This document shows, piece after piece, positions 35,653-46,030 of a DNA stretch of 57,027 bases. Source of the stretch: Pirellulaceae bacterium (GTDB lineage Bacteria > Planctomycetota > Planctomycetia > Pirellulales > Pirellulaceae); the NCBI GenBank assembly GCA_041742175.1, contig JBGSJB010000168.1:1-57027 (forward strand), read 5' to 3'. Below the pieces are notes generated by a model, which saw only the letters and a program-made list of their open reading frames with translations, was not told where the DNA came from and ran no database searches. A program made the translations under genes and the position numbers. The number at the start of each line of letters is the position of its first letter. The stretch's first letter is position 1.

Positions 35653-38600
35653 TTAGGGAGCAGGTGATGGGTTGAGTATTGCGATGCTGCGGCCGCGTTG
35701 CCGTGTGGTGTAACTCCTATCCGTAACGTCGACTTTCTGGCTGCCGTTGAGATCGCCATCAAGGTTTGCACCCAGTCGTCCCATCAGGCTATCAACCACA
35801 GCGGTGTCTAGAGCGCTTACCTTTCCATCTCCATCTGCATCGCCCAGCAAACGATGGAAGTCGAAATGAGCATCCTCATTTTCGCCAAAGATCCCATCCC
35901 GATCTAAATCCAGGCGAATTCGGAAGTAGCCATCACCGGCTATCGTCGTCTTAGAGTTTCCAACGCCATTCGGCCCGAAATTGATGTTCAGCTGATTTCC
36001 ATGTACAGCGATTTGCGATGGCGAAAGCAGCGTTGCCCCGGTCGATAAGTCCGTTGCGCTGATCGCGAATTTCTGAATCTCTACGTACTCTGTTCTGAAC
36101 CAGTCGGAAAGCAAATTCGTGGAAGTGAATGCGATCGCGACGGTCTGAATAAATGATCGTTGATTCGCTCCTTGCTGTACAACGATCCCAGTCGGCGTGG
36201 GCGTTGTATTGTTAGGAGGATCGAATCTGGCCGTGGTTACGATGTCAGCGGGTGCATCAGGTGTGTCTTCTGTGTTGCCGACCGTGTCAACTGCGCGAGT
36301 GAAGAAGCGATACTGGTAAGTGTTTCCATCGACGATTCCCTGGTACTCAAAGGAAGTAGCATATACGCCGACGTTGTTGGCTGTCCCCGCAGACGGCGAC
36401 CCAACGAGCGTTGGTGTTTGCCCATCAATTGAGACGTAGAGGTCAAACCGGCCAAGCCGCGAACCACCCGTGTCGCTCCCCGACATCATCACTAGGAATC
36501 GCCCGAGCCCGCCAGCAACAGCTTCTGATACTGCTGAGACAGGTTTATCCAAATCGCCGGTGCGTGTCAGCGTGTCTTCAAGCAAAGCTGGTTCAAACTC
36601 CTCATTCCCAGCGTTGTCTCGGGCTACGCTGCGGAAGAAGTAGGTGTGATTGCTTGTTGCGGCGAAGGTCGTGCTTGGAGAACCTGCAGGTACCGTTGCA
36701 AACTTGGTAAACGGTCCAGAATCTTGCGCGACGTACAGATCGTATTCCTTAACGCCAGTTGGGCTTCCCTCGGTGCCTACAGGGTCGCTTCCTGTAACGG
36801 AAACTGGAATGTGCAAGGAAGTGGCGCTCGCAGGCATGGCGTTCACGACGCTAACAGGCGGAGTAACATCGGTGAACCCGAGGTCGATCGTTCCCGCGAA
36901 AGCAGAGTCACGTGACAACTCTGTAACCGAAGTGTTTGATGACGCTCGTACGATGCGAATCGAAGTGGTCGGATTCGTGAACTCAATTGGCGCGAATGCA
37001 TTCGTTGCGCTTCGAATACGCATTCGGCCGGACTCGTTAGCGTCTGCATCCTCAATGATGATGGACGCAATACCGCTTGGCAAGTGAACAATCAACTGCT
37101 TCATTTCAGAGACAAACAACTTCGATGACTCAACGTCAACGCTGTGCAGCTCAAGTTGACCGACCACGCTGTCCGACATGAGCGTCAGCGTGGAACTGTT
37201 GGCGCTCGATATCGTGTAGTTAAGATCCGAGAATACTCCCGCCTGAATATGTATTTCATCCGTTGCGCCCGACTTGCCATCAAAGCTCCATGTGTCGGCT
37301 CGGTAGCGATTCTCAGAAAAGTCAATTCGCCACGTGTCGGCAACGTTCATTTGACCAGCCAAATGTGATTGAACTGGCGTGACGAGCAGACCATTTAGAA
37401 TCTCCGTGTCGTTGTCATTCACTTGAGTAATCCCGTCGCTTAGCGTCAGCAATAGTTCGTTCACTGTCTGACCTGGGACCGCTGTAGTTGAGAAGTGAAA
37501 CGCATCATCGTTGTGAATGTAACCGCGTCCTTCCCCTTGTCGAATCACCAAGCGTGAAGGGTTGCTCAACAGAACTCTAAAGAACTCGTCCGCTTCGAAA
37601 ACCGTATCGGCTTCGATGGGCACATGAATGTACTTAATGCCAGTTGCGCCAGTTTCGTTGGCTGCCCAGGTTAGCGTGCCGCTGTGCGATTGATAATCGC
37701 CGATCAGTTCGGGGGTTGTAGCGACTGCCGATCCATCGGCCGTTGAAAAATCAACGCTTACTGGATAATCATGGTTGCCCGCGAGAGTTGCGGAAAAGAC
37801 CAGTGTCAGTTGACCGCTATTGCCTTCCACGATGCCAAGTGAGTCGATTTCGACGAGGGGCGGCACTGTGACCGTGGCGACTTGAACTGCAACTAAACTG
37901 GCGATGTTGCTAGTTGTATAGGTGCTGTTAATCGCCGCAACCGTTTTCTGCCCCGCTCCAAGTAGCCGCAGGTCTTCAGGCAAAGTGCCTTGCGCAACTT
38001 TTTTAGCTTGATAGATACTGGCAAGGAAAGCTTCGCCCGCTCCGGCCGTATCTGAAGTTAATGTTGTCTTTCGAAGTTCCAGGATTCCATTTGAAATTGC
38101 ATCCGCGGCCGCGCTGAGGCTCTCGCTATTCAGTTCACCGATTTCTTGCTCCCTCGCAACGGTCTGAGCAATCTGAGCGATCACTTCAGCATTGCTAAGA
38201 TCCAGCGTTGAGCCTTCGGTGGATATGAAGTCTGCAAGTTCGTCGAAGATGATGCTGCCAAGAGCCCCCACATCGCGACTTGAATTGCCCGATAGCGCGG
38301 AAACACCAGTTAAGTACTGCGCTAGGCCAACGGCTACTGAGTAAATCTGTACGTGCGCCGAATAAGCTTGGGCTGCCAAGGCGTCGTTCTCAAGGACTTG
38401 GTAAAGCGAAATGCCTTCCGCCAGGCTGTAGTTCTCGATATCAAAGGCTTGCGTGGTTCGATTCATCGCGTCGAGCACACTCAAACCGTGTTTGCGAACT
38501 AGGGATTCTGTAATCGTCGATAGTGGCGTTACGTTGAAGAGTCCAACGGGGGCAGTAAGTGGAATCAGTCCAACTAGGCCTGTAGAGATGTCCGTACCTC

Positions 38601-41600
38601 CAGCTAGCACCAATCGACCTTCACTTGTACTTACGACTCCATCGTTGTTGGCATCGAAGTTGTCGAGATAGAAAGCGAACGAACCATCGGCAGCGGTAAC
38701 AGCAGGTGTCTCGGAGATTTCGCCATCATCCAGTATCCCGTCGTTGTCTGAATCGATGAAGTCAAGCACACCGTTGAAGTTAATGTCAAAGAATGCGACC
38801 GCTCCATCGACCGGACCTTTACTTCCCGAAGCGACAACCAGCGCTACCACCCCAGGCGGCAGGATCACATCTGCCGGGAGCGCCTTCCCATTCGAATCGC
38901 GCAGCGCGGCTTTCTGCGCGCTCGAAAGATTGGGCACATCACCTGAGAACGCACCAACTTTAGGAGCGGATTGAACGGCAACTGTTCCGGCTATAACAAG
39001 CGCTTGATTGGGTTCGACGATCGAGGCTCGCCACCTTGCGATGGCTTCTGGATTGAAGTCGTCGTCGTAACGAAAACCGAGCGACGTGGGTGGACTATCG
39101 TCGTCCACAATAGTGAATTTCCTAGTTGCAGTTGGCCTAGGCAAAACGCCTGGGCTAGTCACTGCAATGATGGACACTAAAACCGTTTCGTTGCCTTCGA
39201 ACGTAGAATCCGATATGACTTCAATGCGGAAAGTGCTCGTCTTGAACCCCTTCCTGATCGTGAGCCCAGACCTTGCGTCAACATCATGGATCCGATAGTC
39301 AACTCCGTACTTGGCTGTGCCACTAAAGGCTAAAGCGACCTGGATATCGCGCGACGCAGTTTGAGCCATCTGGACGGTAGCTGTGTAGATTCGGATCTTT
39401 TTGCCTTCGATAGTCTCGGACATAGAGCCATTGGCGGTTTGAAACGTCACCGCATTGGCATCATCGTCAAGGATACTGACCGAGGCTGACATGGCCGAGC
39501 GCGACGGGAGGGCTGTCGTCGTAGTTAACGCAACGGTCGCCGTGATCGTTTCGGTTGACTCGAAGACCGTGTCATTACCAATGGGTAGTCGATAGATGAT
39601 CGACTTGATCAGTGGTGGAAAGATGGCAAGTACAGGCAAGTTGATTTCCGTCGGGCCGTTCGGTACGATCCCACCCAAGGCCGCCGTGTAATTGAATGCC
39701 CGTACGTAATCGGAGTTGAGGGTGGCATTGCCACTTAAGTATACGTTCGCCACAACTGCATTATGAGTAATAGCGCTCAGCGACAATTCAAATTCAGCTA
39801 CGCCAGTTTCGGCTACAGTTGCTTTTAGTGGTCGGATCGAGAGAATTGGATCATCGTCTCTAATGGTTATAGAAGTTGATGCGTTCGTGCCGATGCGAAC
39901 CGGAGTGCCAGATGGGAGCGAGCCGAATGAAATGCGAACCAACTCGTCCGCTTCGTTGAAGTTGTCAGGAAGTATCTGCAACGTGGCAGTTGCCGAGGTT
40001 TGTCCTGCCGGAATCGTCACGGACACGACGCTAAAGTTGTAGTCACTACCTTTTGTAGCGTAGCCCGCACCACTCGCCAAGACCAACGGAACCGTAACAC
40101 TCTCCGCTGCAACTCTGCTCAGCGTTACGCGAACGGTGTAGTTGCCCGCGTTCTCCCAAAGCGATGTCGCTGCCGTCTCGAACGAAATGAGAGCCGTATC
40201 GTTGTCGACAATCGTAATTGCTGTCTGCGATGTCGAGCCGAGTCGATAAGATGGTGAGTCATCTTGCAAGCGAACGATGATATCGTCATTGCGTTCTGCT
40301 GATGAGTCGTCGGTAATTTGTAGTACCAGTGTGGCAGTGGACTGGTTGGCCGCAAACACGAACGCTCCTGGCGATGCGATTGAATAGTCGCGTCCTAAAC
40401 TGGTTGAAATGGCTGTTCCACCAAATGAAATCGGTACCGTTGTCGTCTGGGTAAATGGGCGATCGGTCCTGGCGACTACCGTGTAACTTCCGCGCGCTTC
40501 GCTGACTTGGTCTAAGCTCCGATTCATAACAACCGTACGCTCATCGTTGTCGCGGATAGCAAGCGCGAAGGTTGTAGCATTTGGATTCGCAAACGAGCTG
40601 TACGTTGGCTCATCGAATCGGATCTTCAGCAATTCAGACTGCTCAATGATTTCATCATCTAGAACATTGATGGTGAGATTCGCTGAACTCGCGCCAGCGG
40701 GAATAAGCAAATAGTTTCCACCGCTTGGAAACTGACTACCGCCAGTAAGATTGAAATCCACGTTCACCGTCGTAGTTTCTGCCAGCAGAGTGAATGGCAC
40801 AGCAACGTCTTGTGCTGCAGGCGCGGAAAGTCGCAGTCGGACAGACACGCTCGTACTCGCTTCGCCGACCGTTTCACTTGTTTTTTCGAGCGACAAAGTA
40901 GGCGGTGAGTCGTTATCTGCCAGCGTGACCTGGTGCGTAGCGATGGTCCCGAGCGTGTAGAGTGGCGATGAATTCAATCGCACCGTGAAAGTCTCTGTCC
41001 CTTCATGGATAGTGTCATCCGCAATGCCTATGGTCATCGAACCCGATGTAGCACCGCGCGGAATCACAATGCCTGGTGGGAGTGCAAAATCCGATTCCGC
41101 AATCGCTGTTCCACCAGCAAGTGCTGACACTGGCACGATCAAATCATTGACAGCAGCAACGTCAAGTTGGACAAAAATCGCATGCGTGACCAGCGATTCC
41201 GATGTTTGGCTTTGCTGCACGCTGAAGTTCACTGTAGGCAAGACACCTACAACCGTGAGCGTAACGCGCGCTTCGTAGGAAGTTAGCGAACCCTTCTTCA
41301 CGGTATAGAAGAAAGTATCTTCGCCGACAAAGCCCGAATTGGGTGTATAAGCGAGATTTGGAGCAATGCCTGACAATGCCCCATGTGCTGGTGCCTGTGT
41401 AATCGTGTATACAAATTCCGCGTCGTTGCCACTGAGCGTAATTGAGGCTGATGTGCCTTGATCCACCGCGTATGACAGATCCTGTGCGACCGGCGGTTTC
41501 GCCGCTTGCGTGACATCTATGACGAATGTCGCCGGAAGGCTGGAAGCCAACAGACCATCGAGGGCGACGATTCGAACAAGAAGTTGTCGATCGGCGAGAT

Positions 41601-44600
41601 CATCGTAGCTAAACTCTCGCGTCGTTCGCAGTTGATTTCCGACGATTTCAAACCCCGAGTTATCGTTCGGAAAAACTGGCGAGAATGCAAAGCTGAGCGG
41701 AGCTGGACCATCAACATCAAAGGCCGCCAAGTGACTAACGAGGCTGCCTGCTGCCAGCGACTCAGGAAAACTGTCGTTAGAGAGCAACAGATTGACGGGG
41801 GCTTCATTAGTGTCTGTAACCGTTACCGTCAGCGTCTTGGTCTGGCTGCGAACGCCATCACTAGCTGACACTTGAACGATGTAGCTGTTGTTTCCATCTG
41901 TGTCCGTAGGATTCTCGAAGTTCGGAATCGCTTGAAAAACGACTGTGTTGCCTACTATGCTGAACCTCGAGGCATCGACGCCTCCAACGATCGTGTAAGT
42001 AAATGATACTTGCGGCAAGTCAGCATCGGTGGCTGTTAAAGTTCCAACATTAACCGAATTCTCAGCAACGCTATACTCGGTCGGCGAAGTCAACTGCGGA
42101 TCAAACTCGTTGACTGGCGAGACAAAGATGGAAATATCACGAGTGATAGAAACGCCACCGCTGGTAGCGCGTATTTGGATCGAATAGTAGCTCGTGGCTT
42201 CATAGTCAAGGGTCGCTGCGGTCTTGAGTAAATTGTCTTCGATGACAAACGAACTGCTGGACGCATCGCTCACGATCTCAAAGGTGGTTGACGCCAATTG
42301 AGAACCAACTGTGCTCAACTCACTAAAGGTAGTCCCAATCGGAGTATTCTCAGCAACGGTGTTCGAACTAAGGAGAATTGAGGTCGGAACAGTGGGAGCC
42401 TCTTCGACAACGTAAAGCTCCGTACCATAGAGTTGCGTCGTTGCAACAAAAAATAGTTTGGAACCTACAGCGGTTAGAGAATGCGGATTACTGCTTTGTG
42501 ACTCTCTAGCAACATTTAATACAAGATTGGTCCCGGTAGTCGTCCCGTCAGTCTTCCATACTTCTTGACCATTTATCCCATCATTCGCTCTGAAATACAG
42601 GGTCCCACCAAGCTGCGTCAGATAGGACGGACTGGAGCCGGTGGCCCCCGTATAGATATCTTTAACTAGAACAGTTCCAGCGCTCGTTCCATCAGTTTTC
42701 CAAATCTCAATACCTTGAGTGGAGGTGCTGGCGGCAAAGTACAGATTGGTGCCTGCCGTTGTTAGCCAACTGGGACTCGAGCCACCGCCGCCACTAAATA
42801 TGTCTTTAACGAGAACGGTTCCAGACGATGTGCCATCACTCTTCCACAGTTCAATCCCAACCGATGCACCGCCGTTGGCGCTAAAGTACACTTCCCCTCC
42901 GAAAACGCTTAAATTCGATGGGCCGCTTCCAGTCCCTCCTACGATAATATCCTTTACTAAAACCGTGCCGGTACTAGTGCCATCTGACTTCCATAGCTCT
43001 CTTCCGGCGACAGCGTCATCAGCGCTGAAATACACAACTCCGTTCAAATTGGTCAAACCGAACGGATAAGCGCCGGTCGCCCCTCCGCGGACGTCGCGAA
43101 CCATGACTGTTCCGGCTGCGGAACCGTCGCTTTTCCATAACTCATTGCCGTTAACACCGTCTGTCGCGGTGAAGTACAACGTTCCGTTAACGTTAATCAA
43201 TGAAGATGGTCCGCTTCCATTCGCCCCTGGTCGTATGTCCTTCACCAAGACTGTGCCGGCGGCTGTCCCATCACTCTTCCACAACTCTTGACCGGCTGCT
43301 GATGTTATCGCTGAGAAGAAAAGTGTTCCATTGACATTGGTTAAGATCTGAGGAGTTCCGCTTGCTGTTCCCGCGATTATGTCAGAAACCAGAGCTGTTC
43401 CGCCCCCAGTACCGTCACTTTTCCAAAGCTCTTGGCCATTCGTTTGTGTAAAGGCGCTGAAGTATGCAATGCCGCCGACGTTTACAATCTTCGATGGTTC
43501 GGAGTTGTTAAACCCTACATTGATGTCTTTGACGAGAGTAGTTCCATTGGCGACTCCAGTCGAAGACCATAACTCGCTTCCCAGTAAACCGTCACTAGCC
43601 TTGAAGAGCAGTTTGCCGTTTAGGTTAGCAAGTTGGAAAGGATTGCTACTGGTTCCCTTATCCATGATGTCTCGGACGATGGTTGTGCCTGATGACGTCC
43701 CATCCGACTTCCACAATTCTAAGCCAGTGGTACCATCGTTAGCCTTAAAGAATACTGTGCCATTGACATTGGTCATTAAGATAGGAGATGAACTTTCAGC
43801 CCCAACACGGATCTCCTTAACCTGGACTGTTCCGTTTGTTGTACCGTCACTTTTCCAAAGCTCATATCCGGTTGCTTCAGTCTTAGCGCGGAAGTACAGG
43901 GTTCCGTTGATATTGGTCAGAGAGCGCGAATTCGAGGAAAACACACCGGGCGAGATGTCCTTGACCAATACGGTGCCAGTCGCTGTACCGTCACTTTTCC
44001 AAAGCTCGTAGCCATTAAGACTGTCTCTGGCTTCGAAAAAGATTGTTCCGTTGACGTTAGTAACTTGGCCGATGCCAGAGCCACCAAATGGCAAAATGCT
44101 CTTAACAATAATTGTTCCAGCGTTGGTTCCATCGCTCTTCCAGAGTTGATAGCCGCTGCTGGCTGTGTAAGCCGTGAAGAACAGACTCGTTCCGTTCGAA
44201 GTGAGGCCGTTTAAGCTTGAGCTTGCTGAGCCGGGATTAATATCCCTGACAAGAACCGTTCCCGCATCCGTCCCATCGCTCTTCCAAAGCTCCGTTCCAT
44301 TAGGAGCGGTAGTCGCGCCGAAGTACAGCGTTCCCGCAACGTTCGTCAAGTGGACCGGTGTAGAGCCATTGGTGCCTGTTACGATATCCTTCACAATAAC
44401 TGTGCCAGCGTCCGTCCCATTGGATTTCCAAAGTTCAATCCCTTTTATGCTATCAGTTGCAACGAAGTACAATGTGCCGCCGACATTCGTAAGTCTGGCG
44501 GGCGCGGAGTTTGACGCACCGCTGCTCAGGTTCTTAACGAGCATTGTTCCTGCCGCGGTTCCGTCACTCTTCCATAATTCTTGGCCATTGATCCCATCGT

Positions 44601-45087
44601 TTGCGCGAAAGAATAATGTGCCTCCGACATTGGTCAGATACTGCGGAAACGAGTCCCCTCCACTCCAGATATCCTTAACCATCACTGTGCCAGCAGCGGT
44701 TCCGTCGCTCTTCCAAAGCTCTTGTCCGCTCACACCATCAGTCGCGCGAAAGTAGAGAGTGCCGTTTACGTTAACTAGGTTTGCTGGTGATGACGGTTGC
44801 GTTCCAGTACGGATGTCTTTAACAAGAACGGTCCCGGTGGACGTTCCGTCGCTTTTCCACAACTCTGCTCCGTGCTCATCGGTGGTGGCCGCGAAATAAA
44901 CAGTGCCCCCTACTTCGATAAGCTCCGAAGGATTAGAGGATTGCACTATTGCATTGATGTCAAACAGCGGGGCAACGTCGACCGTCAGTAGTTTTCTGTC
45001 CTCCAGGGTTTCAATCTGCAATCGCGCTCGCAGATTCCGTTTGAGACTGTTCTTAGTTTGTTGGCGTTTGCTGTTTTTGCGAATCAT
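35653..45087 (-). CDS. Giant surface protein: planctomycete extracellular signal, ELWxxDGT repeats, cadherin-like, Big/Ig, multiple Calx-beta, FN3-like and C-terminal dockerin
   Basis: RLQIETLEDRKLL; 17 full ELWxxDGT-type repeats plus a partial one; LDYE/DTNEAP cadherin motifs; repeated DD..E..E / I.DND Calx-beta motifs; GDADGDGKVSALD...GDLNGSQKVDVTD. Confidence 0.88.
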   Translation of the reverse strand: MIRKNSKRQQTKNSLKRNLRARLQIETLEDRKLLTVDVAPLFDINAIVQSSNPSELIEVGGTVYFAATTDEHGAELWKSDGTSTGTVLVKDIRTGTQPSSPANLVNVNGTLYFRATDGVSGQELWKSDGTAAGTVMVKDIWSGGDSFPQYLTNVGGTLFFRANDGINGQELWKSDGTAAGTMLVKNLSSGASNSAPARLTNVGGTLYFVATDSIKGIELWKSNGTDAGTVIVKDIVTGTNGSTPVHLTNVAGTLYFGATTAPNGTELWKSDGTDAGTVLVRDINPGSASSSLNGLTSNGTSLFFTAYTASSGYQLWKSDGTNAGTIIVKSILPFGGSGIGQVTNVNGTIFFEARDSLNGYELWKSDGTATGTVLVKDISPGVFSSNSRSLTNINGTLYFRAKTEATGYELWKSDGTTNGTVQVKEIRVGAESSSPILMTNVNGTVFFKANDGTTGLELWKSDGTSSGTTIVRDIMDKGTSSNPFQLANLNGKLLFKASDGLLGSELWSSTGVANGTTLVKDINVGFNNSEPSKIVNVGGIAYFSAFTQTNGQELWKSDGTGGGTALVSDIIAGTASGTPQILTNVNGTLFFSAITSAAGQELWKSDGTAAGTVLVKDIRPGANGSGPSSLINVNGTLYFTATDGVNGNELWKSDGSAAGTVMVRDVRGGATGAYPFGLTNLNGVVYFSADDAVAGRELWKSDGTSTGTVLVKDIIVGGTGSGPSNLSVFGGEVYFSANGGASVGIELWKSDGTSSGTVLVKDIFSGGGGSSPSWLTTAGTNLYFAASTSTQGIEIWKTDGTSAGTVLVKDIYTGATGSSPSYLTQLGGTLYFRANDGINGQEVWKTDGTTTGTNLVLNVARESQSSNPHSLTAVGSKLFFVATTQLYGTELYVVEEAPTVPTSILLSSNTVAENTPIGTTFSELSTVGSQLASTTFEIVSDASSSSFVIEDNLLKTAATLDYEATSYYSIQIRATSGGVSITRDISIFVSPVNEFDPQLTSPTEYSVAENSVNVGTLTATDADLPQVSFTYTIVGGVDASRFSIVGNTVVFQAIPNFENPTDTDGNNSYIVQVSASDGVRSQTKTLTVTVTDTNEAPVNLLLSNDSFPESLAAGSLVSHLAAFDVDGPAPLSFAFSPVFPNDNSGFEIVGNQLRTTREFSYDDLADRQLLVRIVALDGLLASSLPATFVIDVTQAAKPPVAQDLSYAVDQGTSASITLSGNDAEFVYTITQAPAHGALSGIAPNLAYTPNSGFVGEDTFFYTVKKGSLTSYEARVTLTVVGVLPTVNFSVQQSQTSESLVTHAIFVQLDVAAVNDLIVPVSALAGGTAIAESDFALPPGIVIPRGATSGSMTIGIADDTIHEGTETFTVRLNSSPLYTLGTIATHQVTLADNDSPPTLSLEKTSETVGEASTSVSVRLRLSAPAAQDVAVPFTLLAETTTVNVDFNLTGGSQFPSGGNYLLIPAGASSANLTINVLDDEIIEQSELLKIRFDEPTYSSFANPNATTFALAIRDNDERTVVMNRSLDQVSEARGSYTVVARTDRPFTQTTTVPISFGGTAISTSLGRDYSIASPGAFVFAANQSTATLVLQITDDSSAERNDDIIVRLQDDSPSYRLGSTSQTAITIVDNDTALISFETAATSLWENAGNYTVRVTLSRVAAESVTVPLVLASGAGYATKGSDYNFSVVSVTIPAGQTSATATLQILPDNFNEADELVRISFGSLPSGTPVRIGTNASTSITIRDDDPILSIRPLKATVAETGVAEFELSLSAITHNAVVANVYLSGNATLNSDYVRAFNYTAALGGIVPNGPTEINLPVLAIFPPLIKSIIYRLPIGNDTVFESTETITATVALTTTTALPSRSAMSASVSILDDDANAVTFQTANGSMSETIEGKKIRIYTATVQMAQTASRDIQVALAFSGTAKYGVDYRIHDVDARSGLTIRKGFKTSTFRIEVISDSTFEGNETVLVSIIAVTSPGVLPRPTATRKFTIVDDDSPPTSLGFRYDDDFNPEAIARWRASIVEPNQALVIAGTVAVQSAPKVGAFSGDVPNLSSAQKAALRDSNGKALPADVILPPGVVALVVASGSKGPVDGAVAFFDINFNGVLDFIDSDNDGILDDGEISETPAVTAADGSFAFYLDNFDANNDGVVSTSEGRLVLAGGTDISTGLVGLIPLTAPVGLFNVTPLSTITESLVRKHGLSVLDAMNRTTQAFDIENYSLAEGISLYQVLENDALAAQAYSAHVQIYSVAVGLAQYLTGVSALSGNSSRDVGALGSIIFDELADFISTEGSTLDLSNAEVIAQIAQTVAREQEIGELNSESLSAAADAISNGILELRKTTLTSDTAGAGEAFLASIYQAKKVAQGTLPEDLRLLGAGQKTVAAINSTYTTSNIASLVAVQVATVTVPPLVEIDSLGIVEGNSGQLTLVFSATLAGNHDYPVSVDFSTADGSAVATTPELIGDYQSHSGTLTWAANETGATGIKYIHVPIEADTVFEADEFFRVLLSNPSRLVIRQGEGRGYIHNDDAFHFSTTAVPGQTVNELLLTLSDGITQVNDNDTEILNGLLVTPVQSHLAGQMNVADTWRIDFSENRYRADTWSFDGKSGATDEIHIQAGVFSDLNYTISSANSSTLTLMSDSVVGQLELHSVDVESSKLFVSEMKQLIVHLPSGIASIIIEDADANESGRMRIRSATNAFAPIEFTNPTTSIRIVRASSNTSVTELSRDSAFAGTIDLGFTDVTPPVSVVNAMPASATSLHIPVSVTGSDPVGTEGSPTGVKEYDLYVAQDSGPFTKFATVPAGSPSTTFAATSNHTYFFRSVARDNAGNEEFEPALLEDTLTRTGDLDKPVSAVSEAVAGGLGRFLVMMSGSDTGGSRLGRFDLYVSIDGQTPTLVGSPSAGTANNVGVYATSFEYQGIVDGNTYQYRFFTRAVDTVGNTEDTPDAPADIVTTARFDPPNNTTPTPTGIVVQQGANQRSFIQTVAIAFTSTNLLSDWFRTEYVEIQKFAISATDLSTGATLLSPSQIAVHGNQLNINFGPNGVGNSKTTIAGDGYFRIRLDLDRDGIFGENEDAHFDFHRLLGDADGDGKVSALDTAVVDSLMGRLGANLDGDLNGSQKVDVTDRSYTTRQRGRSIAILNPSPAP
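42410..44960 (-). repeat. Tandem ~48-aa ELWxxDGT repeat array (about 18 units, predicted beta-propellers)
   Basis: Recurring G.ELWKSDGT..GT.LVKDI...S.P..LTNVNGTLYF.A. Confidence 0.9.
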
Positions 45088-45164
45088 TGGGTACTTCGTG
45101 CAAAATATTTTTGAAACTGAGTTTTTAGATTTGGAAACTGCCAAAGAGAGTTTTCGGCGCTAGA

Positions 45165-45860
45165 CTATGGCTTTCGGCGTCTTAAGCGAAAGCCAACTTG
45201 GCCGAGTACGAATGTCGTAAGAAGCAGGAGGCTGCTGGGTTCAGGGACGGCGGTGATGGTTAGGAAACGATCGCTGCCAATGACAACTAAGGAGTCGCCG
45301 GCATCGGGCCCCGCAGGTCCGACATCAAGGAACACATCGAATGGTGCTGCACCAGAGATCGAGTTGCCAACTTGGAAAGGTGCTCCGGTTACCGCTCCAG
45401 CAAACGGCAGTCCCGCCACCGTGTACAGTCGAAGGGTCCCCATCCCAGTTGGCACCAACATCTCCCATCGCATTTGCAGATCCGAAACGACTCCACTAGT
45501 GATCGCGCCAAACCCATCGCGTGTGATGCTCTGCAACTCGCCGCCCACAAACTCGTGTGGCGACATCGTTGCTCCAGAAAACATCGCTGGCGCATTGACT
45601 GTTAGCACGCCCGTTGTATTCGTAAACGCCATCGTTGTAGCAAGGGGGTCGGAGTCATTGAGCGTAAACGTCAGCTGACCGAATGCGACAAACGGAAGAA
45701 CTGCATTATCAGGCAAGCCCAAGACATTGCCTGGAACCGCTGTGAAGGTGAAATTCGCTTGAACATCACTGGTAAAGACTAGCGAAGCCTGACTGTGACT
45801 TGTAAATCCCAGCGCGAAAAACAAGCTTGCAGTGACAAAGAAGAAGCTGGACGCCTTCAT
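45165..45860 (-). CDS. PEP-CTERM sorted surface protein
   Basis: Signal peptide (SQA-S); beta-rich body; VPEPSS, TM, RLRRRK; AAGGA RBS. Confidence 0.85.
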   Translation of the reverse strand: MKASSFFFVTASLFFALGFTSHSQASLVFTSDVQANFTFTAVPGNVLGLPDNAVLPFVAFGQLTFTLNDSDPLATTMAFTNTTGVLTVNAPAMFSGATMSPHEFVGGELQSITRDGFGAITSGVVSDLQMRWEMLVPTGMGTLRLYTVAGLPFAGAVTGAPFQVGNSISGAAPFDVFLDVGPAGPDAGDSLVVIGSDRFLTITAVPEPSSLLLLTTFVLGQVGFRLRRRKP

Positions 45861-46030
45861 TGAATTCCTTTTAATGGACGTGTCCGGTTTTCAGTTGTGC
45901 GAACTTGTTGTTGGTAGAGCTCATCAAGACTGCGTTCGCTACGTTAACAAGTCGTTAGGTGGTTATCTTGGTTCGGGCGGCATTCGCCGCAGGTTAGTTT
46001 GTGCAGATTATGCCGGTGATTACACTCATC

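Noticed and set aside
35610-35771. ORF-track 5' extension of the PEP-CTERM gene overlapping the giant gene
   Set aside because: A better TTG start with RBS and signal peptide lies at 35609, so the overlap is an artefact.
42719-44755. Plus-strand ORFs with repeating 'VPSLFQSS' antisense to the giant gene
   Set aside because: Shadow ORFs produced by the ELWxxDGT repeat. They are not independent genes and not a CRISPR array, since the repeats are degenerate and protein-coding.
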